Source: Magallana gigas
Taxonomy: Eukaryota
Assembly: GCF_963853765.1 (NCBI RefSeq)
Contig: NC_088856.1
Coordinates: forward strand, 14,322,001 to 14,386,000
Direction of reading: 5' to 3'
DNA length: 64,000 bases
Shown: positions 11,424 through 25,569 of the stretch, in pieces
How the letters are laid out: each line of letters starts with the position of its first letter
Numbering within the stretch: position 1 is the first letter of the stretch
The notes under the pieces: generated by a model
Told to the model about the DNA's origin: nothing
The model's input: the letters and a program-made list of their open reading frames with translations, nothing else
Databases searched by the model: none
Translations under genes and position numbers: made by a program

Positions 11424-14400
11424 GCTGACTACGATTTTAATGTTATTCCTGTTGAAAAATGCCCAATGAGTGAGGAAGATTGGGACATGGCATCAGCTCG
11501 ACTAAAATGTAACAATACACATGGATATCATTGTGTACCTAATAAACAATTAACTTCTCTAATTGAATTCTGCTATCCGAAAGGATACAGGTTTCCTTTT
11601 GAATCAGGTTTGTATATCTTAATGGAGATATTTTCTTTAATCTTTTCATGAAATAGATTAAAACATTAAACTTGCGACACAAAAGCACTTTCGAAAAGCA
11701 CCTTACTAATAAAGTATCAGATACAAAATCATTCCACTTTCAAATTGATTTGTGTATAAATAATGTATTTTAAAATAACATACATTATTTTAGGCACTTG
11801 ATATATATCTGTCCTTACTATTCTTTGTACATTATCTTTGTTATTCTTAAACACTATTTTTTCTAAATCTATAATTTATTGAAAAGCAAGTATAATCTTC
11901 ACTTTCATAGTTTTAACTAAAATCTAAGACTTTTCAAGTTGCACACCACATTTAGGGATTAGCTTGTATAGATTCTAAGAATACTAAAACCTAATTTTCT
12001 TTTTAATTGACAGTTTGTTATTATCATTTTTCATGTATAACATAATGACGAGCTACAATACGCAAAAACGCCAAATGAACTGTTATTTCTACACTAAGTG
12101 ACAAATATGGCGTCAAAAAAGTTAGAGTGAGACGTAAACGTACACATGATATTTTATATATCTAATAACTGACCATCTTAACACCATCTTAGTTTTCTCC
12201 GACTCATATATTTCAAAGCATTTGATCTGCATGCAATATATAATTTCTTAATTGGAAAGGTATTTCCAAAAGCCGCGTTATCTGCACAGCAGATTAGTAC
12301 ATTTATATGTACATAACTGTCTGAAGAGCCAGGAATGGCGAAAACGTTTGCGGTTAATAGGATCAATTTGTGATTTTATTCTGGATATTTATTATTTTTA
12401 AATTATTTAAAACTGTGCCGATTTATTTTTTGTTGCATTGGGAAATTATATATATATAAATCACACTAAAATATTTATAATGAATTACGGATAAAAATAT
12501 AAAGCTATAAAACATATATGTATTGAAAAGTAAAATAAAGCTCTTGATTTGTAACTTACTATTAAAGTTTGTTTCTTTTACGATCTTCTCAAATATTCTT
12601 TGTCATGCTCTAAATAATGAAACAAAAATGTTGGATAATAGTAACGTGATTGTATTAAATGTTTTTCAAATGGATAATGAAGAAAATATTTAATTTTTAC
12701 ACGATTCCCTTTATACCAGAATTTACGAAAAAGTGATTAGTACATTTAATTATGTCATTATAATGTATAAAGCACAAAAATGCACGGTGAAATCATTTGC
12801 TAGATCTTGACCTGAAACAAGTCTATAGATACTTTTTTCATATATATGCGACAAAAATGATAAATTAAAGTCGATATCCAAATTCATCATTTTATCATTA
12901 TCAATAATCTTTAGCTATAAAAATATTATAATCATATTTAATGCGCGTTTCAAAGGCAACTGTTTAAAGCTATCCGCCAATGGTACTCTGAATCAAGTTC
13001 CTTGTGCTAACACATTCGATGATGATTGCCCAGAGAACCACTACTTCAGCGATAAAATATTCAACTGTAAGTATCCACTTCAAAACATCTTTTTTTTCAA
13101 GGAAAAAATTTAAACAAAATATTAAACAAAAATAAGCTTACGTCATATCTGCCAATTTATTTAATTCTTATATTCCTGTGCATTTCTATAGACCCAAAGT
13201 GTTTGATGATCAACAGAAGGCTCAACTCAAATGCTTTGAAGCTGATAATGAATGCATTTATTTGAGGTATTCTGACATTGACATAAAAGTCTACAATATT
13301 CTCAGTTGTGGAGTTTTCCTTTTTTCTTTCCAATCATGTTTATGGTGGACCATTTGTGACAAAACTTTGCAATATTTGTTTGAAATGCAGTTAATTTCCA
13401 CATTATACTAGATTTTTGCTTTTGAAAAATTTTAGAGTACTGAAAAACAAGCAATTTGAAGAAAACGTCACTACCACCAAAACATCTGTAAAAGACACTA
13501 GCAATCAATGTAGTAATATTACGACAGAAAGCAGCCCAACAGCAGTTGTCGTAGCTTTGGCTATTTTACTGGGCATATCTGTGTCTGCTTTACTGATTAC
13601 TTGTGTTTTTATTTGTTGCAAAAGGTTAAGACGATGTAATCAACTCAGAAACGGTACATTATCAAAAATATGTATATTTTATTTCAATGTAATATTTTCA
13701 CCCAAGGTTCATCTTGATAGTTAGATTTATTTATTTATTTTTGTTGGGGGGTGTCATTTTTTTAATAGCAGCACAGGCTGTGTCAAGATACAGTTCTGTA
13801 CCATGACAGGAAATATACCTTCTTTAGTTTCACCTGTTGGAATGTATTGACAGACTTTTTGATGTCAATCAAGTTATATAACTTTTATTTTTATGAGTAA
13901 AAGGTACAAAAATTGGTAGTTACAGTTTGTTACATATACCAGCGATGGCCCAGAGGAAACAGACTCAGTGCAAACCTTTATGGTCTATAAAAACTGTACA
14001 ATTAATCTATAGATTGAAGCAAAGGTATGAAGAATGTTAAATTTTTTCTAAATAAATGCAATAATTCATAGCTATGAAACTTTTTAAGAAAAGAAATTTG
14101 ATGTTATTTGTTATTGAAAAATATCTGAAATATCGGTATAAACCGATGAAAACCCAACGTTTTATTTTACATTTACAACAATTGCCCTAATAAAAAAAAT
14201 CTTTTTCAGACACTGTTCTACTACTAGACAGGTTTGACTTCGATAGTGACGGTAACAAGCAAGGAACTTCAAAAACAAACACACAATACAAAGAGCTGTC
14301 AGTTCAAACAAAACATTATAACTATGATGATGACAGCGTTTGAAAAGGACTTGTTTGTTGCCGTAATTAGCGAGGAAAATGACACAGGAAAAGATACTAT

Positions 14401-17118
14401 AGGAAATCTACACAACATAGTTATCCATCTTTACGAACAAGCATTTGAAATATTACGTTCGCAGTATGGTAAAGATAAATATGAATCAAAGAACTGAAAG
14501 AACTGAAAAGCGTTAAGCCTGGATAAAACTGTTAAAAATATCCCAAATGTTCTAAAAATATTTGTGAAGAATCATATTTGAATCTTGATTTGTTCGTTAT
14601 TGTAAAAATGCACTCACTCAGAAATCGGATATCACTTAGTACATAGTTAAAGAATACATAAATCTTTGAAATAATTAATGCATGCTGACGTGTTACAATG
14701 AAAACTAAATATAATGCTGATGACTTAAAAAAAATCAGCATCACGGCATTTCATAAAAAATCTATGTGAATCTTTATTTTTGAAGCATAAAATATTTTAT
14801 CTATTTGACTGTAAAGTCAAAATTTCCTTTTTACAATATAAACATGTTTTAAAATATCACGATTGTTTTGAAATTTTAGCAATTTATGGAAATGGAGAAG
14901 TAATAATCTTATAAGAGCATTGCTAGACTAACTGAGTTATTTTATTTTAAACAGATTTTGCTGGTGCACAGATAAACAGTATATGCTTCTTGCAACGAAA
15001 ATAAAGTAAAATAACAAAGCTCAGATGATAATTTAAATTTATTTATGGGGTTTCAGTTTGCTAATTTTCATTTCTTTGTTATTACATCTGATAAATCGTA
15101 AGCAATAAGTGAAGAAAACTTTTTTTTTAAAACTGGCAAATTACGGTAACAAAATAAAAAGCCAAATGTTTTGACAAAGTACGACAATAATAAGATCGTA
15201 TTACAGATATGCCTAGCAGGAAATGCCACTTAGATCTATTCTTCTAAATTTTAGCTTTGGTATTCGAACATCAGGTTCGCCCCTCTGCTCCAAATCTCAT
15301 GAAAAGATGGGCATAAACACCTCCAATATATAAACATTACTGGATGTTGGAATATTATTCGAAACGAAGACGCTTCTCATCAGTTTAAGTATTGGCTAGG
15401 CAGTCTCTTCTGTGGTATATTTTAGGGAATATCGTTGAATTTAATGACGTCTAGCTCATATCTCAACAGACGTGAAGTGTCGTGTTTATAGTAAGTTTTG
15501 TCAAAGGGTGGGGGGGGGGTGTCATTGACGTCTATGTAGGTGTCACAACAGCATTTCACCGTCAAAACATGGCTGAAGCAAAATAATTTCAAATTCTCCT
15601 TTGAATTTGGTGTAATTCCTGCCACGACTGTGACCGTTTTCTTTTATGAGATGAAAAAAATTATAAGATGTCTGACTATTCAAGTTTTGTAATCAAGCGA
15701 GGTCATTTTAATTTTTTTATGCGTAATGTTTTTAAGGGGTGAGAAGGTTTGGGCTTTATTTTCAAGCACATGTATCTTCGACGTAAACAAGTTCTCATGC
15801 CTTGCAAGATGCACCTATGTTTTTGCTGCTAAATTGTAAATGAAATGTTGTTTAAAAATATGTCAAGTAGATTTTTTCCTAGAAATTCGTTTTGAATGTA
15901 TAACTTGTATCTAAAGTAAGCATCATTGCTAAGAATATATAGTAAAATTTAATATTGTTTACATAGTGACACCTGCAATACATACGATCTCTGTCGGAAA
16001 GGCTCAAGATGTTGCGATTGGATGGAAGTACTGTTTTGGCAAGCGTATCAGAATACGTAACCTGAAAAATGACCTGTAGCCTTGTAATAGGGTACGGGTT
16101 CTTTTAGAGAACTCAAACCATTAAAATGGCAAGAAGTTTTATTTTATAAATATCAATATATCGGGTATAGATGCATTGATATTTTTTATTTGTAAATTTG
16201 ATAATTTCATCACATACTACAAAATTTCATTTAAAGATTTGAGATCTTACACTTTGCTTTGAATTATTTACTGTTATTAGATGTTTTATGTATGTATAAT
16301 TTGCCAAACTGAACATATATTAAATCATCAATTATGTTATGTTTGCCCAAGATGAATCGTCCTCTAAGCAATTTTATATGAAGTATCACTTTACAGCTTT
16401 TGTTACATATATCTGCTGTCGTATTTCAAGTAACTTGACAGTTATAAGTTTTGTTAATTATATTCAAATCATTTGTGCTGTTGGATCATAATCAAATTAT
16501 AGAACTCCAAAATATGAAGGAAACATAGTTTTGTTTGCATGTATCGGTGAAAGTATTGAAATTTGTAGGATGTAACAAACATATTGCTTCCCTATTTTAT
16601 GCAACAAATAGTGAAGGATGCAATTCCATTCAATATGCAGCCAAAAGTGGTAACCCCAAAGTATTCAAATATCTTTGTTACAAGGTGTGACTATTCATAA
16701 TATACCAAGGAGTTAAAATCCCACCACTGACGATATTAACATCCTTCACATTGTCTGTAGACACGCAAAGCTGATATATGTGTCAAAATAGCCGACATAT
16801 TTCCTGACCTGATAAACGAAATAACAGAGAGAGAGGATGGAATGCAGCTCTCTTTATCACTGATAAAGCAGGAGCAGAAAGAGAAAGAATTAATATCTTA
16901 CATTTCTTAGAAAAGCGTAAATTGAATGTTTACCATGTAACTAGATCAAGAAAAACTATATTGTAAAATGCATGTGTAAATCGGTCGAGAAAACTTGTGA
17001 AATATTCAGTAAGCCGTTATCCCGATTTATTGAATATATAAAAAAAACAATGGATCCTAGAACAGCAGGCAAATCTCGCGAGATTGAAGAGCTTTTTAAA
17101 CAACATATCGAGACATAA
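11424..17118 (+). pseudogene. Receptor paralog B, pseudogenised (ectodomain and TM exons plus decayed ankyrin exon)
   Basis: Exons 11424-11607, 12956-13066 (111 nt, as in C and D), 13192-13266 (75 nt versus 70 nt in C and D; a 5-bp CTCAA duplication gives a frameshift and TGA) and 13436-13653 (TM: AVVVALAILLGISVSALLITCVFICC). The ANK remnant is at 16490-17118. The signal-peptide exon was not located. Confidence 0.8.
16490..17118 (+). pseudogene. Decayed ankyrin terminal exon of paralog B
   Basis: Fragments TPKYEGNIVLFACIG, NSEGCNSIQYAAKSGNPKVFKYL, DDINILHIVCRHAK, GWNAALFITDKAGAERERINIL and RSRKTIL*NACVNRS align to A, C and D. It has several frameshifts and stops and lacks ANK repeats 1-3 and 6-7. 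Confidence 0.88.
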
Positions 17119-19483
17119 CTCTGCATTATTTCATACTTAATATTATATTTTTAATTATGTATAACTTTTTGAAAACATGAATTACGTGAGATTTACGTTT
17201 CACGTCAACCTAAAAAAGAAATGTTCTCAGATTGTGTATATTTGACATTTTATTTAATTCAAATTTGCTGGAAATATCATGATTTTAGATGTTTAAATAT
17301 AATTGATTCCTATACATTTAAAAAAATTTTTTTCCTAATCATCAGTAGAAAGATGTTATCTATAGTTATAGCCATGTACTTTTCCATTTGTTTAGTATCA
17401 AAATAATGATTATAATTACCAACGTATCTGGAATTTTACCAACTTTAAAAGTTTTGAGTGATTTAATAAAACATTATATACAATTTTTAAAAAACTGCTT
17501 TCTAAAGTTGATCTTCTATGATATGTAATTAATAGTACACTTACTGTATTATTATGTACGCAATGATAACACGTACACATATACTGAATAATCCAATCAA
17601 GTGAAGCTTTTCTTCAATGTTTAAAGCATCAATTCTTGAGAATACACGACAAACATATCAGAGCTTTTGAAAGTTTTTCATTTCAGGATACGTTTGGGTT
17701 ACCATTTACAAAGCCAGTTTCAATAAATCATATTATTTACAAATTGATATAGCCTCTATGTCAGTAGAAGGCCCTTTGATCGGTAGAATTCATCAGGAAG
17801 ATGATAACAGCTTTATCTTTAAAAATTGATTTTTTTAAAAACTGCTAAAGATGAATTTAGATACAGCTGACACCTTTAATTTTATTAATCAAGTCGTCCA
17901 CTTTCTTTTTTTTTTTCAAACCTGGCCCCTCATAATTATTGCAATTTTATATTCATCATAATGATATTTACATGTAATTACTATAGATTTACATTTTCAG
18001 CCGAAATAACATGTCATGTTTAAACCATATATTTTATTATATCTTTGTTAAAAATATTATTCTGAATTCGTTGATGTGATGGTATTGCTTGTGTCTGTAA
18101 TGCTTGTGATTCCTATATAAAGGTCAGCATTGTTCATAAACTCAAACTTTTGTGTTCTTCGTACTACTTTTAAATAACAAGTACTAGTAATAATGAGAAA
18201 TTGATTCAAGTCACTTAAAATCTGTTTGAAACATAAGAAATATTAATGTTCTACCATAAAGGCTTTTTTTTAAATTTATTACACCTCATGTTATGCCTAC
18301 TTGTGGTTATTTAAAATGTTTTCAAGGGCACAAACTTAAGATTATTTTTAAAATATTTTTCTCTCATTAAACGTATCTCCGTGTGCTGTCTTTGTTGAAA
18401 ATTTTTTTTTCTTTTTTAAAGTAAATGTTTTTACAAAAGTAATATTTACAAATATTTTGACATTTTGTTGAAATTTGATGTAACATATAAGAATGGATCA
18501 ATTGAGATATTTACCTTATTTGGTAAAAATAAATTTTACTGAAAGTGAGTGCTTAAAATAAGAACACAAAATTATAGGAGTTTATTTTATACTTGTTAAC
18601 TGCAAAAATTTGTTAAAATGTTTTTATAAAATTTGTCTATAGTTTTGTATTGAAAGAAATGTTTAAATACAGAGTTTGTGTAAAAGCTGTCTGGAAACTT
18701 AGATTAGACATTAATCTGTAAAGTTCTGGAGTAAAGCTAGGCTGGTGTCTCTGCCTGGTGGAAAGCTTACTTACAGATATTTTATTTTCCCAATTAAACG
18801 GATTATTTGTGACTTTTCTGGCCGTCCGTAGAGATCAATGTCCTGTACAAACCTGCACACCCTTATTTTGAATAAAGATTTTTCATTTCTTTTTCTAAAT
18901 AGCACTGCCTTAAATTCCTTATAGACAATGCGTTGTTAAATATTTAATGGTTTAGTTAAATAAATAAAAGACACATATTTATATACCGCAGTAAATCAAC
19001 ATTGTGAATATGTTTATCAGTACTTTTTATTTAAGCTTGGGAGATGAAATAAGAATTATATTTTTACTTGTTTACCCTAACAATATGATACAATAAACAT
19101 AAACTATATATTTAGTGTTAAAGTAGCATGTTGACGAGTTTGGTCAAATTTAATTTTTCTATTTTTATTGTGTACAATGCTAAAGTGAAGCAATTTCTAG
19201 TAGTCAAACAAAACTCAAGTGACATTCGTAGAGTTATAAGCAAGATATTTATGTTCACAATTCTTTTAAAAATTGTTATGTAACGTTTGGCACATTCATT
19301 TTAGGTCTAAACCTTGAATTTCTTTTTAACATTCAAACTGTCAACAAAAATATCACCTTAGCTTTGTTTACAGAACAAATTATTATGAGCTATGTATCTC
19401 GACGATTGACGCTCAAATTTTGGTTAACAATAAAAACGGAAAAATGAATCTTGACAAAAATTATTACAATTAATGCATGTTAA

Positions 19484-20182
19484 AGGTACATGGTCACGAT
19501 TTTGGTCGAAAAATTATTTTTTCGATTTTATTGTTTACAATGCTTCAGTAAGGCATTTCTAATACTGTGGTTTCATTAATATTCAAGGGTATCAATTTTC
19601 GTGGATATAGAGGAAATCATAGTTTCGAGGATACGGAAATTCGTGGCCAATGGCCCTGTCAATACAAAATGTTAATAAAAATTGCACTTCAATGAACATT
19701 TAATTTCATGGATCAACTTTACAACGAAATCCCCGAAAATTGGTATTCAATTAATATTGATGAAACCACAGTAAGCAACCAAAATTTGAGTGTCATTTAT
19801 TGAGTTATAAGCACGTTACAGAGCTTACAATTCTTTGCTTTGTAAACAAAGCTTTTGTTTATATTATGAACGTTGAAGTAAATATTCCCGTTTTAGACCT
19901 TAAATGAATGCGTTTTACGTTAGGAATTGTTTATTTATGCTTAAAATGAATAAGAAGATAGAATACCAGCTTCAAAATGATTTTTTATTAGTATATTGAA
20001 CCTATGTAAACAAAAACAGAGCAAAAACCTTGTTTACATAACACAGAACGGCGTTCCCTGTATGTTGCTTGAACTTTTACAATTGACTCTAAAATGTTGG
20101 TTGATCATTACAAATGCATTCCTAAAGCCTTGTTAATAATACAAACAGAAAAAAAATTGAACAAAATCGTGAATATGCTCCT
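19484..20182. mobile_element. TTAA-flanked MITE (Kolobok-like) with a nested TA-flanked MITE
   Basis: ttaa|AGGTACATGGTCACGATTTTGGTC ... AACAAAATCGTGAATATGCTCCT|ttaa. Related copies at about 23530-23990, 30608-31047 and the split copy at 32146/41010. Confidence 0.75.
19565..19771. mobile_element. Tc1/mariner-type MITE nested in the TTAA MITE
   Basis: ta|CTGTGGTTTCATTAATATT ... AATATTGATGAAACCACAG|ta. Confidence 0.8.
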
Positions 20183-21735
20183 TTAAGCGCGTTATAAAAT
20201 GGTTATAGCGTTACTGATGTTGAATCTTTATTCAAAGGTTCGTAATAAAGTTAGTAGCTTTTGTAACACACGGAGAGTTGGGGGGGGGGGTGGGGGGGTA
20301 ATACTCTGATATTAACATTAAAAAAAACCTTTCAATACGTCAAAAGTTAATGCTAACTTATATATGCGCACAAAACATCTTCATTTTTGTGTACTTCACA
20401 AAAATATTGTGAATATTTTTTACATATATATTTTTTACTTCTATGCTTAAATTCATTATGCATTACCTTAATTTCTAGTACATCTGTCAAAGCTGATCAA
20501 ATATTTTTGACAAATGTGAACACTGTTGGTAGGTTTGTATAAATTTACTGTTGACTAATTTTTCATTTTAAAAAAAAAACACCCTAACTACTATAAAATG
20601 AATGCAGTTGAATTGGATAGTAAAAAACACTTTGAAATGAAACATTTAAAAAAATTTCTCAAATACCTAAATGGCTTAATATTATGTAAAATATATTTTA
20701 ATCCATTATCTTATGGAAATAATATAATGTAAATCATACCTATCAATTACTCAATGCAAAAAAGGTATAAGGTAATCTAATAACTTCGAAACCGACCTTT
20801 GAATGGTGTTCATTTGATTTTTGTGCATTTTAGCTTTCTATGATTTAAAAATGTGTATCTTGTGTTTCGTTCATGGTAAAAATCTGAAATTTGTACGCAA
20901 CCATTACCAGTTCTCAGAATTTATGCCCATAAAATTTCAAGGTCATGTAAAATGGGCAAAGGTCAAATATGATGACGTCATTTAGGATTTTTATCAATTT
21001 CCACCTCTGCCAAATATACTTGAACCTCAATTATCTAAAACCCACTGTCAAATTTTCATTATTGGCATGATTTTTATTACGGGGTCATGACAATCATACT
21101 GATCAATTTTATTAATTTTTGTTTTCAAAGATGATTTACAGGTGCTATTTTTTACAATACATTATAACCAAAATAAACAATTGAATATTGCACTAAGGTA
21201 ATTTCAAAAAATAATTTATTTGTTTATTTACAATAGTGTGTTAGTCTGTCGTACAAAAAATTTCCTTACGTTGCTTAAAAATACTAAAATTTCGAAACGA
21301 TGCATTAAAAAAATATCACATTTTTTGTATTTTGAATTAGAATTATAAATGGCAATTATACAAAAGTATAAAATACAGTTTTGATTATTTATTTTTTTCA
21401 TTTTCAAAAACGCTATCTTCTTTTAAAACAAATTTGTTCATTTTTTTCCAATAAGAAACATAGTGAAACAACACGAAGAAAATTAGTACATGTAGTATTT
21501 TGAAATGGCTGACATGCGTGGTATTGTACTATATTATGAAATTAAACTAAGAAAAAACACAGGTTTAACCGAAACTGTTTCTTTTATAGTTGTACATGAA
21601 CTAATTGCATACCAAAATATTTACATTTTTAAAAGGTTGCCTCCTTAGACACTTGCTAAAATTAAAGAAAACAACATTGCCTTAGATATGTAATAAGTCA
21701 GTAGTCATAATTAATAACAACACAAAAATTTATGG

Positions 21736-24222
21736 TTATTGATGTCCAACTATTTTTTGCCGATACTCATCAAGAAGTGATTTAATTTCAGTTGAATCTG
21801 TGGCAGTTTTAGCATCAATAGATCTTTCGAGACATAACAAATCAGGATAATTTTGTAATAGGTATTCGATTAATTTTGTAGACTGATTTGCACAAGCATT
21901 GTATAGAATGGTTTTTCCTGCTCTTGATGCATGATGAACGTCTAGGCCATGTTTATCAAGAAGTTTCAAAATTTCAATTCGCTTCAACTCGTTTTCAGCT
22001 CTCTCTGTTAAAAATAAAGCAGCATTCCAACCTTTCTCAGTGAGTTCAAGAACCAAATCATGAAGAATATCTAGTTTTTCGAATTCAATACACATGTCAA
22101 GCCTTGCGTATTTGCAGGCAATATGCAGAACGTTGACATTGTCTGAAGTGGCCTTTTTCCATAACGATTTATCTCTGTATTTTAACAATTCTTTAAGGAT
22201 ATTTGTATTACCACTCTTTGCCACAAAGTGACCGACATGTTTGTTATTCTTGTCCTTTTCTTGTATTAGGTCTGGACATTTTTGCAATATATATGCACAT
22301 ACGTCATTGAATCCTTTCTCACAAGCTGTATGTAAACAATTTTTCCCCGTTTTATGGGATTTGTTTTTAATATCAACGCCATTCTCGTAAAGAAACTTGA
22401 CTGCTTCGAGATTTCCATTTTTGGCTGCATACTGAATTGAATTCCAATTTTCTCTGTTTTTGGCGTGAAGTAAAGTAGCTAAATTTTCATTTTTTGCCAC
22501 AAATTTAAACACATCTAAACCCGTGTTCATACACGCAAACAATACAATGTTTTCTTCGTATTTACGAGTTTTATATGCTAAATCACAGCCATGGTTTGAC
22601 ATTAGTTCCAGAATGTTTACATGTCCGGCAAGGGCGGCCCAGTGTGCAGGATACATTTGGTTATTGTCTGTTTTCTCATACAATTCTTTCCTCTCAGTCA
22701 AAATGTACTCGCAAATATCATGATTCCCGTAATATGAGGCAATGTGCAGAATGTTGCGCCCATCTGTTGTCGTGGATGAGATATCATTACAAGCTTCATA
22801 AGTTGTCTTAAACGCATCCAAATTGCCCTCTTTAGCGGCAATATGTAAGGGATTAAATCCTCTACGGCCTAATTGTTTCCTTGCAGTTTCAACGGATGAT
22901 TGCTGTCTTCCTTCCATGATTCTTCGTCGAATGGCTGATATCGGATTCAATTCACTATGTCGACTACTTCGTGTCCTTGCTGCAGAAAATGATAACATAC
23001 TTCATTGCATTTATAAGTGTGTTCAAAATATAAGACGATATTTTACAAACAAACGAAATGGTCATTAGCCTTTACTGTCTACTGAAAAGAATAGTACTAT
23101 GTAAAAACATGGAACAATGCAAATATTTAAAGATGATTACAATTTCATTCATTATCTAAAGATAATTTTAAAGATATCTTAGCTTTATCTTATATCAAAG
23201 GTATCTTTAGAGGTCATACATTATTCAAAGCAACATCTATAATTAGTCAGCGGACAAGGATAAAAAAATAGGTGAGTTGCTAGCTAGATATGAAACGATG
23301 TTTGAATGTAGGTCATGCATTTCAAGAATTTATCGTATCAAATCTTATTTCGTGTTTTACTATGATGACAATATGGTCAGCATAACCCAGTACTAGCAAA
23401 TCATACCTGAATACCAAATCTTTTATTTATTTATTTTTTAACATTATCATATGCTTGCCTTTGAAGAAGTGGGAGATCAAGTATCGGTCGAGGTATACAC
23501 GTGTTAGTATTTAGTCAACATAAGAGTTTGTAAAGTTTGTAAGCCTTTAAGGAACATGATTACGAATTCGGTCAATTTTGTCTGTTTTTAATTTTACAGT
23601 GCTTCAATAAGGCATTCCTAATATTCAACCATAATTGAGTATCAGTCGTCAAGTTATAAGAGAGATACGAGCTCAATATTCTTTACTACGTAAATAAGCT
23701 CAGGTAGTGTTTTTGTCGACATTTTAAATGTTGCAAAGAAATTGCCAGGTTTAAACTGAAAATGAATGTTACAAACTCTAGGATCTGTTTTTTCATGTTC
23801 AAAACGAATTAGCAGATAGAAAAATCAGATTGAAAAAGTACTTTTACAAGAATTTATATAGACAAAAACATAACACGAGCCTTGTCTACATGACAAAGAA
23901 TTGCGAGTTCTTTACTTACATATAACTCTACGACTGACACTCAAACTTTGCTTGTTTGTTAGAAATGCATTACTGAAGCAGTGTAAACAATACAAATAGA
24001 AAAATAAAATTTGACTTAAATCGTTGGCCTTAACTGTTCTACTCACTCAGTGGTATATTTCCATCATTATAGGAATCTGATTCAGAAGACAACGTTTTAA
24101 CTTGTGGATCTTCAGAAGACGCAGGTGAATATTGAACAATGGGCTTACATGGCAGAGATTTGTGGTCTGCAAATAATACGTACATATTGTGAAATTCAAA
24201 AGAGGTATTTGAAGAAAAATAC

Positions 24223-24272
<50 letters not shown>

Positions 24273-25528
24273 CTGAAGACGGAAGACCCTAATAATAAAA
24301 CACTGTTTTTGTCTAAATCTTAATTAAAGAGTGTTTTTCAACTTGTTTTACAGTCAAACACCCTTTTATGTTGAATATTTTAGTTAGAAAATTAGACAAA
24401 AAGGAGAGAAAGAAATAGAGAGAAAGAACAAATCTTGGCTCTGGCGAGATTAGAACACACAGCCTTTGCAGGTGTCTCAAAACATTGCTGACGCGAAATA
24501 ATTCCCATTTTAGTAAGAAAATTAGACAAAAAGGAGAGAAAGAAATAGAGAGAAAGAACAAATCTTGGCTCTGGCGAGATTAGAACACACAGCCTTTGCA
24601 GGTGTCTCAAAACATTGCTGACGCGAAATAATTCCCGAATTTGTCTTTGAATTTTGGGAGTTTTCGCCCGGGAGAGGAGTTGAGTTTTTGTATGAGATGA
24701 AAAACAACGTGTAAGATGTCTGACTATTCAGGTTTGGTAACAGTGCGAGGTCATTTGAAATATTGATGCGTGTTTGTGTCTGCAGGGGGGGGGGATGAAA
24801 AGACCCGAGCTTGATTTTTCGTCTTAAATAAATCGAAAATAGAATTTTTAGGTGTGGATCTCGGATTCGGTTAACAACAATTAGGGGAAGTCCTAAAACA
24901 ATGACTGATGCATTTTACCCATGTATTTCAGTGTTGAGAACGTTTTTTCGTGTCGTTTACTATTATGCTTGACTGTTTTATTTCAACAGGATTGATAACA
25001 TCTTTATAAATGTAGAAATAACGAAATCAGTAACACGTAAATTTATTCGGTAAAAATTTGATGACAGTAATTTCCACAGTTCTAACATTCATAAGTAGTT
25101 CACACGCTATCGTAGATACAGATTAAACGGAAAACAAGAAATATACACGCAACAGAAATATTACGCGGCAGCTTACATGTACTGTGTAAATTTTAAGTCC
25201 CCATACAGGCTATACTCGCCGTTTGATCTCAGGAATTTCTTCTTAATTGTTCAATCTGCTGCATATTTGGCAGACAATAAGAATGGGGTCCGAGGTACAT
25301 TTACACAAAATTTCATTTGGATTGAGTAAGGGGCTCGGGAGTTAGAATTTTTTCTACAGTACATGTCAAGCACGCCAATCGAAACTCGAATTATTTGAAT
25401 CCATAGACATTATCCCGTAACTTGATATAAAATATGTATAGTTTTTGGACGCCAATGTACATTTAGCTTCTTTCCAATTTACTCCACGTTACCTGTACTA
25501 GTTCTTATTCAAATGCTAAAACATTTGT

Positions 25529-25569
<41 letters not shown>

